A stretch of DNA of 64,000 nucleotides from Verrucomicrobiota bacterium (GTDB lineage: Bacteria > Verrucomicrobiota > Verrucomicrobiia > Verrucomicrobiales > DEV007). The notes beneath the pieces are model-generated. The model did no database searches and was not told the DNA's origin. It saw only the letters and a program-made list of their open reading frames with translations. The translations under genes were made by a program, and so were the position numbers. This document shows positions 55,964-64,000 of the stretch, one piece after another. Location: NCBI GenBank assembly GCA_045046875.1, contig JASFYY010000037.1:1-64000 (forward strand). The letters are read 5' to 3'. Position 1 is the first letter of the stretch, and every line of letters begins with the position of its first letter.

Positions 55964-58300
55964 CTATTCCCCACCAAAACTCAACAACCTCTTGCTCTCC
56001 TCCAGCAAAAACTTCGGGTGCATGAAGGGCTCGTAACTGATGTCCTGCCAGCGAATACTCCCCTTGCCATCGATCAGGAAAGTGCCGTGCAGAGCCATCT
56101 TCTCAAAGTCATCATAAGCGCGCCATTCTTTGAAAACTTTCAACTCTTTATCGGAAGCTAATGGAAACGGAAATGGGTTATTGGGCTGATCTTTTTTATC
56201 ACTCCACGCGTAGGTTTTCCGTAAACCTTCCAAGCTGTCTGTGCTGATCGCTAGAATATCGATACCCGCCTTTTTATACTCCTTCTGCATCGGCGCAAAA
56301 GCGTTGAGCTGTTCCATGCAATGAGTGCAACCCCTGCCCAGAAAGAAAATCACCAGCACCGCTTTGCCCTTGTAATCACTCAGACTAACATTTTTTCCGT
56401 CCGTCTTTGGCAAGGTCAATGTTTTTGCCAGCGGAGCCTGCCAACGGAAAGGTCCCAAGCTGTCAAGCGGAGGGCGTTTACCCAGATCCTTAGCAGGCTC
56501 GATTTTGTTACGCCAATCACCACTCAGTTTTTGATCCTCAATGATCGGTTTCAAACGAGCAAAAGCAGGCAAACTCAAATCAGCGTTCACCGCCACGGTC
56601 TGTAACTTTTTGAAAGCTTTACGCGCTTCATCCTTTTTACCAGACTGCCACAACACCCATACTTGAGTCGCCAGTGGAATGGTCTGGTTCTCAGACGCCC
56701 TCACATGCCCGTCGATGATCTTGATCGCTTGATCCTTGGCCCCAGCCTTGAGATAAAGCCGCGCTTTGCGATTTTTACTCATCACTTTATTTTTATCGAG
56801 CAGCTCAATTGCCTGTTTGGCCTGTTTTTTCTCGTCGGCGCTTGCACTCAAGTGCTGATAGATGCTCAAATCCCCGACTGCTTGATCATAGCTCTTCAAT
56901 TCCTTCTCGAAATTTTTCTTCGCCGCTGCAACCGCCTTATCAATCTGAGTTTTGGTTTTTTTCGCCTCTTTATTCTTTTTGCCCGCATCGGCCGCCGCCT
57001 TTTTTTGCTTCTCCTGTTGCTCGGCTTGATGCTCTTTCAGCCATTTTAATTGTTCCGCGCCACCTTTTGCATCCCCGGATTCATAAGCAACCACGCCCAT
57101 GAAACGATGCCACTCACGCTCATTGATTTCATCATTGGCCGCCCGTAGGTAGTCCGTATCTGCCGCCATACGTTGCAGTTCCTTCCACTGCTCAAAGTGC
57201 ACCAGCGTATCACGCAAACGCCGACGCCCATAAGACCAACTGCCGCCACGGTGTTCGTATTGTTCTGTGCCACTTTTTAATTTCGCCAGCCTCGGCAGCG
57301 AAATCATATTGCGCGCCAGGTCGGAGGCTTCTTTAGCTCGACCGATAAAATTCAGATTACGGATCAGCCACTCATTGTTGTGGGAAAAGTTATGAATTTT
57401 GTCCGGAGTGACTTGAAAGCGGATCATATGCGAATGATCAATCCGCGCCGATGCCTCCTGTTGCCAGGCCGCATCCTGATAGCGTTTCAGCCGTGAGTAA
57501 ATATGCCCCGGCATGTGCCACATGTGGGCGATGCCCGGTGAAGCCGGACCACAAGCCGCCGCATTGGGAAGTGCCTGAGCAGGATTCTCATGATCCCAGA
57601 GATGAATGCGGTAATGATGCGCCGGGTGATTCGGCTGTTTACGATGAATCTCCTGACCAATAAAATCAGTCGCTAGGTGACTCGATATCGGTGCCCCTTT
57701 GCGATCGTTATACCAAATTTGTTTCAACAAAAAAGCCTTGGCGTCAAGATCGTCCGAATACTTCAATACGATCTTCTCCCAAGCCCGCGTCATCGCTCGA
57801 TAACGTTTCTTTTTATCGGGCGCAGCCTTGCCTTCCTTTTTCTCCGGTAGGTATTTGCCCAGCGCTTCGATGTAAAGTTTCTCCCTCGCCGAAGCCGTCC
57901 CTTTACGTTTCTCCGCTTCGCGGATAAATCCCGTAGAGCGTTTTTCATTCGAAAGATTAGCCATCGCCATGCCCCAATACGCCATCGCGCAATCCGGATC
58001 AATCGCTGCAACCTGACGAAAACTACGCTCCGCCTCAAAATCCCAAAACCCATGCAGTTGCCCCACCCCCTGATTAAAAAACTGCTGCGCTTCTTTCGAT
58101 TTGGTGGTCACTGGAAAATTGATATCCCCGGTACCCGGAATCAGCACCGCCGCCTGACGCGGCCCTTCATTGAACACCTCCCCATGAACCGAGTGACCAA
58201 AAGCCGGATCAGGGTCTTCCGATTTTTCCCCAGTCTTATCCTGAGCCCATAAGGATACAGGAAAAATAATACATGAAATCAGTGAGAGTCGAATCGGCAT
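55964..58300 (-). CDS. Secreted TPR-like protein with a C-terminal AhpC/TSA (redoxin) domain
   Basis: AQQFFNQGVGQLHGFWDFEAERSF..DPDCAMAYWG; VSLSDYKGK..FFLGRGCTHCMEQL..ILAISTD..HGTFLID. Confidence 0.8.
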   Translation of the reverse strand: MPIRLSLISCIIFPVSLWAQDKTGEKSEDPDPAFGHSVHGEVFNEGPRQAAVLIPGTGDINFPVTTKSKEAQQFFNQGVGQLHGFWDFEAERSFRQVAAIDPDCAMAYWGMAMANLSNEKRSTGFIREAEKRKGTASAREKLYIEALGKYLPEKKEGKAAPDKKKRYRAMTRAWEKIVLKYSDDLDAKAFLLKQIWYNDRKGAPISSHLATDFIGQEIHRKQPNHPAHHYRIHLWDHENPAQALPNAAACGPASPGIAHMWHMPGHIYSRLKRYQDAAWQQEASARIDHSHMIRFQVTPDKIHNFSHNNEWLIRNLNFIGRAKEASDLARNMISLPRLAKLKSGTEQYEHRGGSWSYGRRRLRDTLVHFEQWKELQRMAADTDYLRAANDEINEREWHRFMGVVAYESGDAKGGAEQLKWLKEHQAEQQEKQKKAAADAGKKNKEAKKTKTQIDKAVAAAKKNFEKELKSYDQAVGDLSIYQHLSASADEKKQAKQAIELLDKNKVMSKNRKARLYLKAGAKDQAIKIIDGHVRASENQTIPLATQVWVLWQSGKKDEARKAFKKLQTVAVNADLSLPAFARLKPIIEDQKLSGDWRNKIEPAKDLGKRPPLDSLGPFRWQAPLAKTLTLPKTDGKNVSLSDYKGKAVLVIFFLGRGCTHCMEQLNAFAPMQKEYKKAGIDILAISTDSLEGLRKTYAWSDKKDQPNNPFPFPLASDKELKVFKEWRAYDDFEKMALHGTFLIDGKGSIRWQDISYEPFMHPKFLLEESKRLLSFGGE

Positions 58301-58410
58301 ACTTGGCAACATACAGCAAGAGTAGGGCGAAATTTCAATCCCGTCAATTTAGGCCCTTATCACACAGCACTCTTGCTTACTTTTACCGTTCAGGCTATAT
58401 TCCTGCCGAG

Positions 58411-58438
58411 TTCTGTATCCTGACTACTGAATCCTGCC
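58411..58438 (+). repeat. Heptamer tandem repeat upstream of the DUF1501 gene
   Basis: TTCTGTA TCCTGAC TACTGAA TCCTGCC. Confidence 0.5.
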
Positions 58439-58455
58439 CCCTCCCTCCCCCGCCC

Positions 58456-59865
58456 ATGCTGACCTTCCCCACAGGCAAATTCCGTCATTGCGACGGCATC
58501 GCACGCCGCAGCTTTTTAAAAGCGGGCGCGCTAGGCATCGGTGGACTGACTTTCGCTGATCTCCTACGTGCTGAATCAAAATCAGGAATCGGCTCCTCCA
58601 ACAAGGCTATCATCAATATCCATCTCGACGGCGGCCCCCCGCAAATGGACATGATCGATCCCAAACCTGATGCGCCGAGCGAATACCGCAGCGAATTTGC
58701 TTCGCTGCCGACTAATATACCCGGGCTGCATTTGACCGAGCTCATGCCACGCATGGCGAAGGCCGCTGACAAGTTTGCTTTCATTCGTTCGCTTCAAGGA
58801 TCAGCGGGACGGCACGATGCCTTCCAATGCCAGAGCGGATACCATTCCAAGGACTTGCAATCCATCGGTGGGCGTCCCGCCATGGGTTGCGTTTTGTCAA
58901 AACTGCTCGCCACCCCAAAAGACGATGCTCCGGCATTCGTGGACATTCTCCAGGGACGTGGACAGGTCCGCAACAGCACCCGCCCCGGTTTTCTCGGACC
59001 AACCTACAAAGCTTTTCGTCCCGATATTTCAAAAATGTTTCACCGCCAACTGGAACCAGGCATGGCGGGTGAGCTTGCTCGTCTTGGGTCGGATCACTCG
59101 ACACAATTCGGACTGGTTGAAGGAATGACCGCAGGACGATTCGGCGATCGCATGCAGCTGCTCAAAAATATCGACGGCATCCGTCGCGACATCGACAGCT
59201 CGGGTCAGATGTCGGCACTCGACGAATTCACCCAGCAGGCAGTGAGCATGCTGACTTCGGGAAAATTTGCCGAAGCGATGGATCTGGAAAAAGAAGACCC
59301 TAAAATGCTCGCACGCTACACTCCACGTGTGCCCAACCCCGATCCGAAAAACTACACCATGGAAGGTGCTGCGGCCGGCCGGAAGTTGCTGCTCGCCCGG
59401 CGACTCGTCGAAGCTGGCGTTCGCTGTGTCAGCGTATCGATCAGCGACTTCGATACGCACACCAATAACTTCGGTCGCATGCGCACCATCGGACCATTGG
59501 TGGATCACGCACTGACAACTCTGGTGGAAGATCTTGAAGAACGCGGAATGCTCGATGACGTGACCATCGTCGCCTGGGGCGAATTCGGTCGCTCTCCGAA
59601 AGTCAACAGCAAGGCAGGCCGTGATCACTGGCCAAAAGTCGGCATGGCCATCATGGCGGGTGGCGGAATGAACACCGGTCAGGTTATTGGTTCCACCGAT
59701 CGCATCGCCGCAGAAGCCACTTCCCGCCCGGTTCAATACCAGGACATCATCGCCACGCTTTACCACAACCTCGGCATTGATGCTCGAGCGATCACCGTCG
59801 AGGACACCACGGGTCGACCTCAATATCTGGTTGATTCGGGTTCACCGATTAAAGAATTAGGTTAG
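58456..59865 (+). CDS. DUF1501-family protein
   Basis: CDGIARRSFLKAG leader, HLDGGPPQMDMIDPKP, FDTH, WGEFGRSP, GRDHWP. Confidence 0.9.
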   Translation: MLTFPTGKFRHCDGIARRSFLKAGALGIGGLTFADLLRAESKSGIGSSNKAIINIHLDGGPPQMDMIDPKPDAPSEYRSEFASLPTNIPGLHLTELMPRMAKAADKFAFIRSLQGSAGRHDAFQCQSGYHSKDLQSIGGRPAMGCVLSKLLATPKDDAPAFVDILQGRGQVRNSTRPGFLGPTYKAFRPDISKMFHRQLEPGMAGELARLGSDHSTQFGLVEGMTAGRFGDRMQLLKNIDGIRRDIDSSGQMSALDEFTQQAVSMLTSGKFAEAMDLEKEDPKMLARYTPRVPNPDPKNYTMEGAAAGRKLLLARRLVEAGVRCVSVSISDFDTHTNNFGRMRTIGPLVDHALTTLVEDLEERGMLDDVTIVAWGEFGRSPKVNSKAGRDHWPKVGMAIMAGGGMNTGQVIGSTDRIAAEATSRPVQYQDIIATLYHNLGIDARAITVEDTTGRPQYLVDSGSPIKELG

Positions 59866-59914
59866 GAGCTCAAGGAGGAACGCTCACAAAATACCCCTCC
59901 TTGTTAAGATTACT

Positions 59915-61675
59915 CTACAATCCCATCTCTTGCTTGGCTTTTTCAGATACCCGGTTGATATCCCATCCTGGTTCCCAGGTGAAATCGACGACCACTTTAC
60001 GTATCCCTTTCACCCTCAACACATTTTCCTGAATTCCCTCATCGACCCGCCCGCCGCCCTGTGTCACCAGAAATTCATACACCGGTCTGCCACGATGAGG
60101 CATCGTCACCAAAACATACGCCACGCCATCTTCCACCCGGACATCATACACATAACCCAGCTCGACGATGCTTGATTTGAGTTGGTATAGTTGATTATCC
60201 CTCACTTCATCCAAGGCTTTCCAAACCGCCCGCTTGATGGCACTGCGACCTTTTGTTTCCCCCTGACGCGCCAGACGCCCGACAGGCTTCACCTTTTCCA
60301 CCGCAGGAAGATCCTCGCTGCGAATCTCCAAAGGATTGACCAACTGATGTCTCAATTGAGCGACTTCCTCCCGACCTCCTTCGACCGGATAGTCCGCCAC
60401 CAGGTAAGCGTTGTTCTGTCGAAACACCGTTCCCGCTTTCAGGTCGGCCTCATTGGCAGGATATCGGGCCCAAATCTGGCCATGTCCGTGATAATGCAAA
60501 GTCGGCGTGCCTCCATGCTGGATCCCGGGAAAATTATCCGCTTCGTGTTCCAGCCGCAAAGCCACCAACAAGTCCCGGCTTTTGCTGTGAAAAAAACCAA
60601 CACCCCAGAGATCCTTTGTTTGATCCGCAGGAACTTTTCCTTCATGCACTTTCCCCTGCTTGTCGATCCATAGGATCTCGTCAAAGGAATAACCGGAGAA
60701 CACCCACTCATCATCCCTCATTGCTGAAATTTTCACATCCTTGATGGCTTCGATTTCACCCTCTTTAAAAAAGTGCGGCAAGCCGGCGTAAAAAGTATAA
60801 GTCTGATCCATGTGGATACGACTGGGAGTGAATAAAGGATGCACCGGGCCATGGGGAAATCCCCAGCGCCTCACCCGGACGCAAACCGGACCACGCTGCA
60901 CCTGCCAGTTGGGACACTCCGCCCAGTTGCGCATACGGATTTTCTGGAAGTGCCCTTCATCGACATAATCGTGCGCCCAGTCGATTGTCGGAGGTTCTCC
61001 ATGCCCTTTACCACCGGCGTAAAGTTCAAGACCATGTTCCCGTTTGTAGGTCATCCGCACCAGTTGCCCCATCTGCTCCGACAAAGTCGCCTGGAAATAC
61101 TGGTTCTCGATTTCCAATCCATAACCCTCACCGCGCACTTCGAGATCAGTGATATAATTCGGAAGTTCGGCGTTGGCATTGCCATAGAAAATCAAATAAC
61201 TGGAACTGTCATGCATGTCCACATCCGCCAGGATCGCAAGTTCCACATAATGCTCTGTTTCATTCCTGACATGTTCCAGAACTTGCGAGGGAATTTCCTC
61301 CAACCCGTTTATCACTCGTGCCACCCGGATTTCACGCCGGGGATTATTCATTTGCTCCACTGCGATTGTCAGACGCAGATGTGCTGGTTCCCGCTCCCGC
61401 TTTGCTCCAACGGTTTCGAACAAGGTGATCGAATGATAATGAGACCATCCCTCGGCCCAGGCCGCCCAGGCCGGAGGTAGATCCGCAACCCTGCCTATCT
61501 CATCGACACCGGCATGCACCGGGAGCCTGCTACGACGTTTGCTCTGCCGTTCAAAGCTAAGAGTATCCTTGATCGATGCCGCCAGTGACATCGCAAGGTC
61601 CTGTCGGTCGTTTTTATAAGCCGTTTCAAGCAGGCTTATTTTTTCTGCAATAGTATCGCTTCGTTTAGGGGGCAT
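59915..61675 (-). CDS. Large unknown beta-rich region fused to a C-terminal DUF59 (SufT/PaaD-like) domain
   Basis: VWKALDEVRD..SIVELGYVYDVRVEDGVAYVLVTM..VVVDFTWEPGW. Confidence 0.65.
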   Translation of the reverse strand: MPPKRSDTIAEKISLLETAYKNDRQDLAMSLAASIKDTLSFERQSKRRSRLPVHAGVDEIGRVADLPPAWAAWAEGWSHYHSITLFETVGAKREREPAHLRLTIAVEQMNNPRREIRVARVINGLEEIPSQVLEHVRNETEHYVELAILADVDMHDSSSYLIFYGNANAELPNYITDLEVRGEGYGLEIENQYFQATLSEQMGQLVRMTYKREHGLELYAGGKGHGEPPTIDWAHDYVDEGHFQKIRMRNWAECPNWQVQRGPVCVRVRRWGFPHGPVHPLFTPSRIHMDQTYTFYAGLPHFFKEGEIEAIKDVKISAMRDDEWVFSGYSFDEILWIDKQGKVHEGKVPADQTKDLWGVGFFHSKSRDLLVALRLEHEADNFPGIQHGGTPTLHYHGHGQIWARYPANEADLKAGTVFRQNNAYLVADYPVEGGREEVAQLRHQLVNPLEIRSEDLPAVEKVKPVGRLARQGETKGRSAIKRAVWKALDEVRDNQLYQLKSSIVELGYVYDVRVEDGVAYVLVTMPHRGRPVYEFLVTQGGGRVDEGIQENVLRVKGIRKVVVDFTWEPGWDINRVSEKAKQEMGL

Positions 61676-61758
61676 GAGGGGGAAGGAACGTTAGCGACAA
61701 GTTCCAATGAAAGCAACTACAAGGATACTCATGGTGCATTCCCTACAAACTTACGCGG

Positions 61759-61839
61759 GTAGGGACGTGCGGCCCGCACGTCCGCCGATAGACCTGTTGC
61801 GTGTCAATCCCCGCGGACGACCGAGCCGGTCGTCCCTAC
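61759..61839. repeat. Inverted pair of GTAG-type REP-like palindromes
   Basis: GTAGGGACGTGCGGCCCGCACGTCCGC (+) and GTAGGGACGACCGGCTCGGTCGTCCGC (-). Confidence 0.7.
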
Positions 61840-61932
61840 CAGAAACGCACACTCTGAAACTCGCACGTCCGCGACCCTATATTGACTTTGAATTCTGAAC
61901 AACGATAAAGTAAAGATTACCAACCAGCCCCT

Positions 61933-62814
61933 ATGAAATCCATCCGCGTCGCCACCTGCCAGTTTTCCGTCGAGCCCGATATCGAACACAATCGTCGTGC
62001 CATCATTCGCCAGATCGAACAAGCCGCGCAAAAAGGAGCGGATGTTGTTCACTTCTCGGAATGTGCGCTTAGCGGTTACGCCGGAACCGATATGCCCGAC
62101 CTCTCTACTATGGACTGGGATCAACTCACGGAGGCAACTCGCGACATTCAAGCCGCAGCCAAAAAAGCAAAAGCCTGGGTGTTGCTAGGCTCGACTCATC
62201 GTCTCAGCGGCAAACACAAAGCACACAACTCGATTTACATCATCGATCCAAACGGAAAAATCGTGAACCGTTATGACAAACGCTTCTGCACCGGAACCCA
62301 GAAAGGCAAAAAAACGACTCTCGACTTACAGTTTTACACACCTGGAAATCGCTTTGTCACCTTCAAGGTCAAGGGCGTTACCTGCGGCGTTTTGATCTGT
62401 TATGATTATCGCTTTCCGGAACTCTTTCGCCACTACCATCAACTGGGAGCAAAGGTCATTTTTCAATCCTTTCATAACGCCCGGACCATGGTTGTCGATG
62501 ATCAAAAATACAACATCTGGAAAACCATCGTGCCCGCCACCATGTCCTGCCGCGCAGCGGAAAACCATTTCTGGATCAGCGCCAATAACAGCACGACCCG
62601 ACCATCTCGCTGGGGAAGTTTTGCCGTGCAACCGGATGGGCAGATTGTAGGCAAACTCAAACTGCACCGACCGGGGGTTCTCATCACCGAGATGAAACTC
62701 GATCCGGATTTATTCGACGCCCCCGGCCCCTGGCGCGAGTCCGCGATTTGCGGACAATTGCATAGCGGCAAATTGGTTAAAGACAAACGCTCGACAGACG
62801 TGACGTGTTTGTGA
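61933..62814 (+). CDS. Carbon-nitrogen hydrolase (nitrilase superfamily)
   Basis: E-K-C triad: FSECALSGY, RYDKRF, LICYDYRFPE. Confidence 0.9.
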   Translation: MKSIRVATCQFSVEPDIEHNRRAIIRQIEQAAQKGADVVHFSECALSGYAGTDMPDLSTMDWDQLTEATRDIQAAAKKAKAWVLLGSTHRLSGKHKAHNSIYIIDPNGKIVNRYDKRFCTGTQKGKKTTLDLQFYTPGNRFVTFKVKGVTCGVLICYDYRFPELFRHYHQLGAKVIFQSFHNARTMVVDDQKYNIWKTIVPATMSCRAAENHFWISANNSTTRPSRWGSFAVQPDGQIVGKLKLHRPGVLITEMKLDPDLFDAPGPWRESAICGQLHSGKLVKDKRSTDVTCL

Positions 62815-62826
62815 GAACGGCCCCCC

Positions 62827-62900
62827 GTAAAACGATGTTCCCACATCGTTTATCTACAGCATAAGGCCAGCCATGAAACGAAGTTGGAACTTCGTTTTAC
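62827..62900. repeat. Inverted pair of GTAA-headed REP-like palindromes
   Basis: GTAAAACGATGTTCCCACATCGTTT (+) and GTAAAACGAAGTTCCAACTTCGTTT (-). Confidence 0.6.
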
Positions 62901-63154
62901 CTTAAAGAGCCCTCTCAATGCAGATCCAGAATCCCCTCGATCGCATCCTTTACCCGCGGAAACACTTCCTCCGGCACCCTCGGATTAAAAGGCCCGCCTT
63001 CGCCGGCATAAATCTTCAACACACAGCAAACTCCGATATGATCAAAGTAGGGTAACTCCACTTTGCAGATGAAAGCAAATAGGACGATTCATGATGACGC
63101 CAAGCGGCATCATGAAAGAACATCAATGATTTTTAATGACTTTTTTTCATATCC

Positions 63155-64000
63155 TCAGAGATTGTCGTCCCTAAAAAATATCATAACCGACATTACAGCG
63201 TTTTTAACAACTGGTTCCTTGCGTGCCACTTTGAAGCTGTCAAATCCATTTGTGCATAGAAATACTTCGTACCCGCGATTGGTTGGATTGACCTCCACCT
63301 TTTCTATGCTGATATCCTTTGGATCAAACGCTTCACCTTCTCCATCATCGCGAATAATTTGCTTGCTCGATTGAAGGTATTCAAACCCCAACCAACATCT
63401 CGTGCTTCCAACTATATTCCACATTGCTTCGACATCTTTTTTTGATCTCGGTGTGAATACTTCTCCTTTTTTCTTTTTGGCAAGCCTCTTCGCTTCCAAG
63501 TAACTCATCCCATTCTCGTCCACTACAAACACGTAGTAGCCGCCCGTCGGGAAACGTTTGGCGTCGGTCGGAACATCTTGGCGACTTCCCATGTTCATGT
63601 CTGGCCGTCCATGCCAAGTAGGGATTACGCTTGAAAGTGCTTCGACTCGATCCAAATCTCCCTTGCGCGTCAACGCACTGGCCTGCTTCTTCAGGGCTCC
63701 ATTTCCAAGTTTAACCAAGCGTCTGAGCTCGGTTAAGTTGACTCCCTCAATACGCTTACGGGCATCCATATAGAGCTTGCGACTCTTCTGCAGCCGCTCC
63801 AAACCCTTTGTTGTGTAATCCTCAATAGGCTGATCTTTCGTGTTTCCGGAGACGCTATTTATCTCAGCCCGCACTTTTAATGCTGCCGTCGAATTACCCC
63901 TGTCCATATAGAATTTCTGCACCTGTTTCAGTTGCTTTAAATAGCCCTGATTTAAATTAGCAATTTCGGCATTCTGCTGCACCTCAAATTTTTGCGCTGC
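63155..64000 (-). CDS. Protein with a helical repeat region and a C-type-lectin-like C-terminus; 5' end outside the window (paralog of 9828-10931)
   Basis: Frame is open to the window edge (AAQKFEVQQ..); VPTDAKRF..YY..MSYLEAKRLA..WLGF resembles a C-type lectin fold. Confidence 0.65.
   Translation of the reverse strand, partial: AAQKFEVQQNAEIANLNQGYLKQLKQVQKFYMDRGNSTAALKVRAEINSVSGNTKDQPIEDYTTKGLERLQKSRKLYMDARKRIEGVNLTELRRLVKLGNGALKKQASALTRKGDLDRVEALSSVIPTWHGRPDMNMGSRQDVPTDAKRFPTGGYYVFVVDENGMSYLEAKRLAKKKKGEVFTPRSKKDVEAMWNIVGSTRCWLGFEYLQSSKQIIRDDGEGEAFDPKDISIEKVEVNPTNRGYEVFLCTNGFDSFKVARKEPVVKNAVMSVMIFFRDDNL

Noticed and set aside
58273..58455. N-terminal extensions given by the ORF track (also 4356, 8388, 23392, 23445, 37797)
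   Set aside because: Downstream ATGs restore signal peptides or family N-termini and remove overlaps with neighbours or operators
62915..63070. Short minus-strand frame (..YAGEGGPFNPRVPEEVFPRVKDAIEGILDLH) that might be a gene fragment
   Set aside because: About 50 codons, no clear start or recognisable family; cannot be supported without a search

Overview
A 64-kb chromosomal segment, about 45 CDS, with a gene repertoire typical of the PVC superphylum (probably Verrucomicrobiota; inferred from DUF1501, DUF1549/1553, DUF1552/1592, Cys-type sulfatases and a PQQ/heme-c dehydrogenase). I found no rRNA, tRNA, CRISPR array, integrase or transposase. The main feature is a 9-kb, 10-gene co-directional NAD+/ADP-ribose island (37.8-46.9 kb): pncB, glutamine-dependent nadE, Nudix, nrtR, kptA/Tpt1, pncA fused to an uncharacterised domain that may be ADP-ribosyltransferase-like, a macrodomain, a small phage-type protein and two ADP-ribosylglycohydrolases. 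Three visible NrtR-type operators sit in this island. Other notable loci are a tandem Upf1/Dna2-like plus NERD-like/UvrD-like helicase pair, an HTH-Fic gene with a degenerate catalytic motif behind an 8-copy TGCCA array, and two secreted paralogs with a shared N-terminus but different C-termini. The window also holds a candidate MITE, a perfect 44-bp palindrome and several REP-like and short-period intergenic repeat families. All family assignments come from recognising motifs by eye; no database searches were run.
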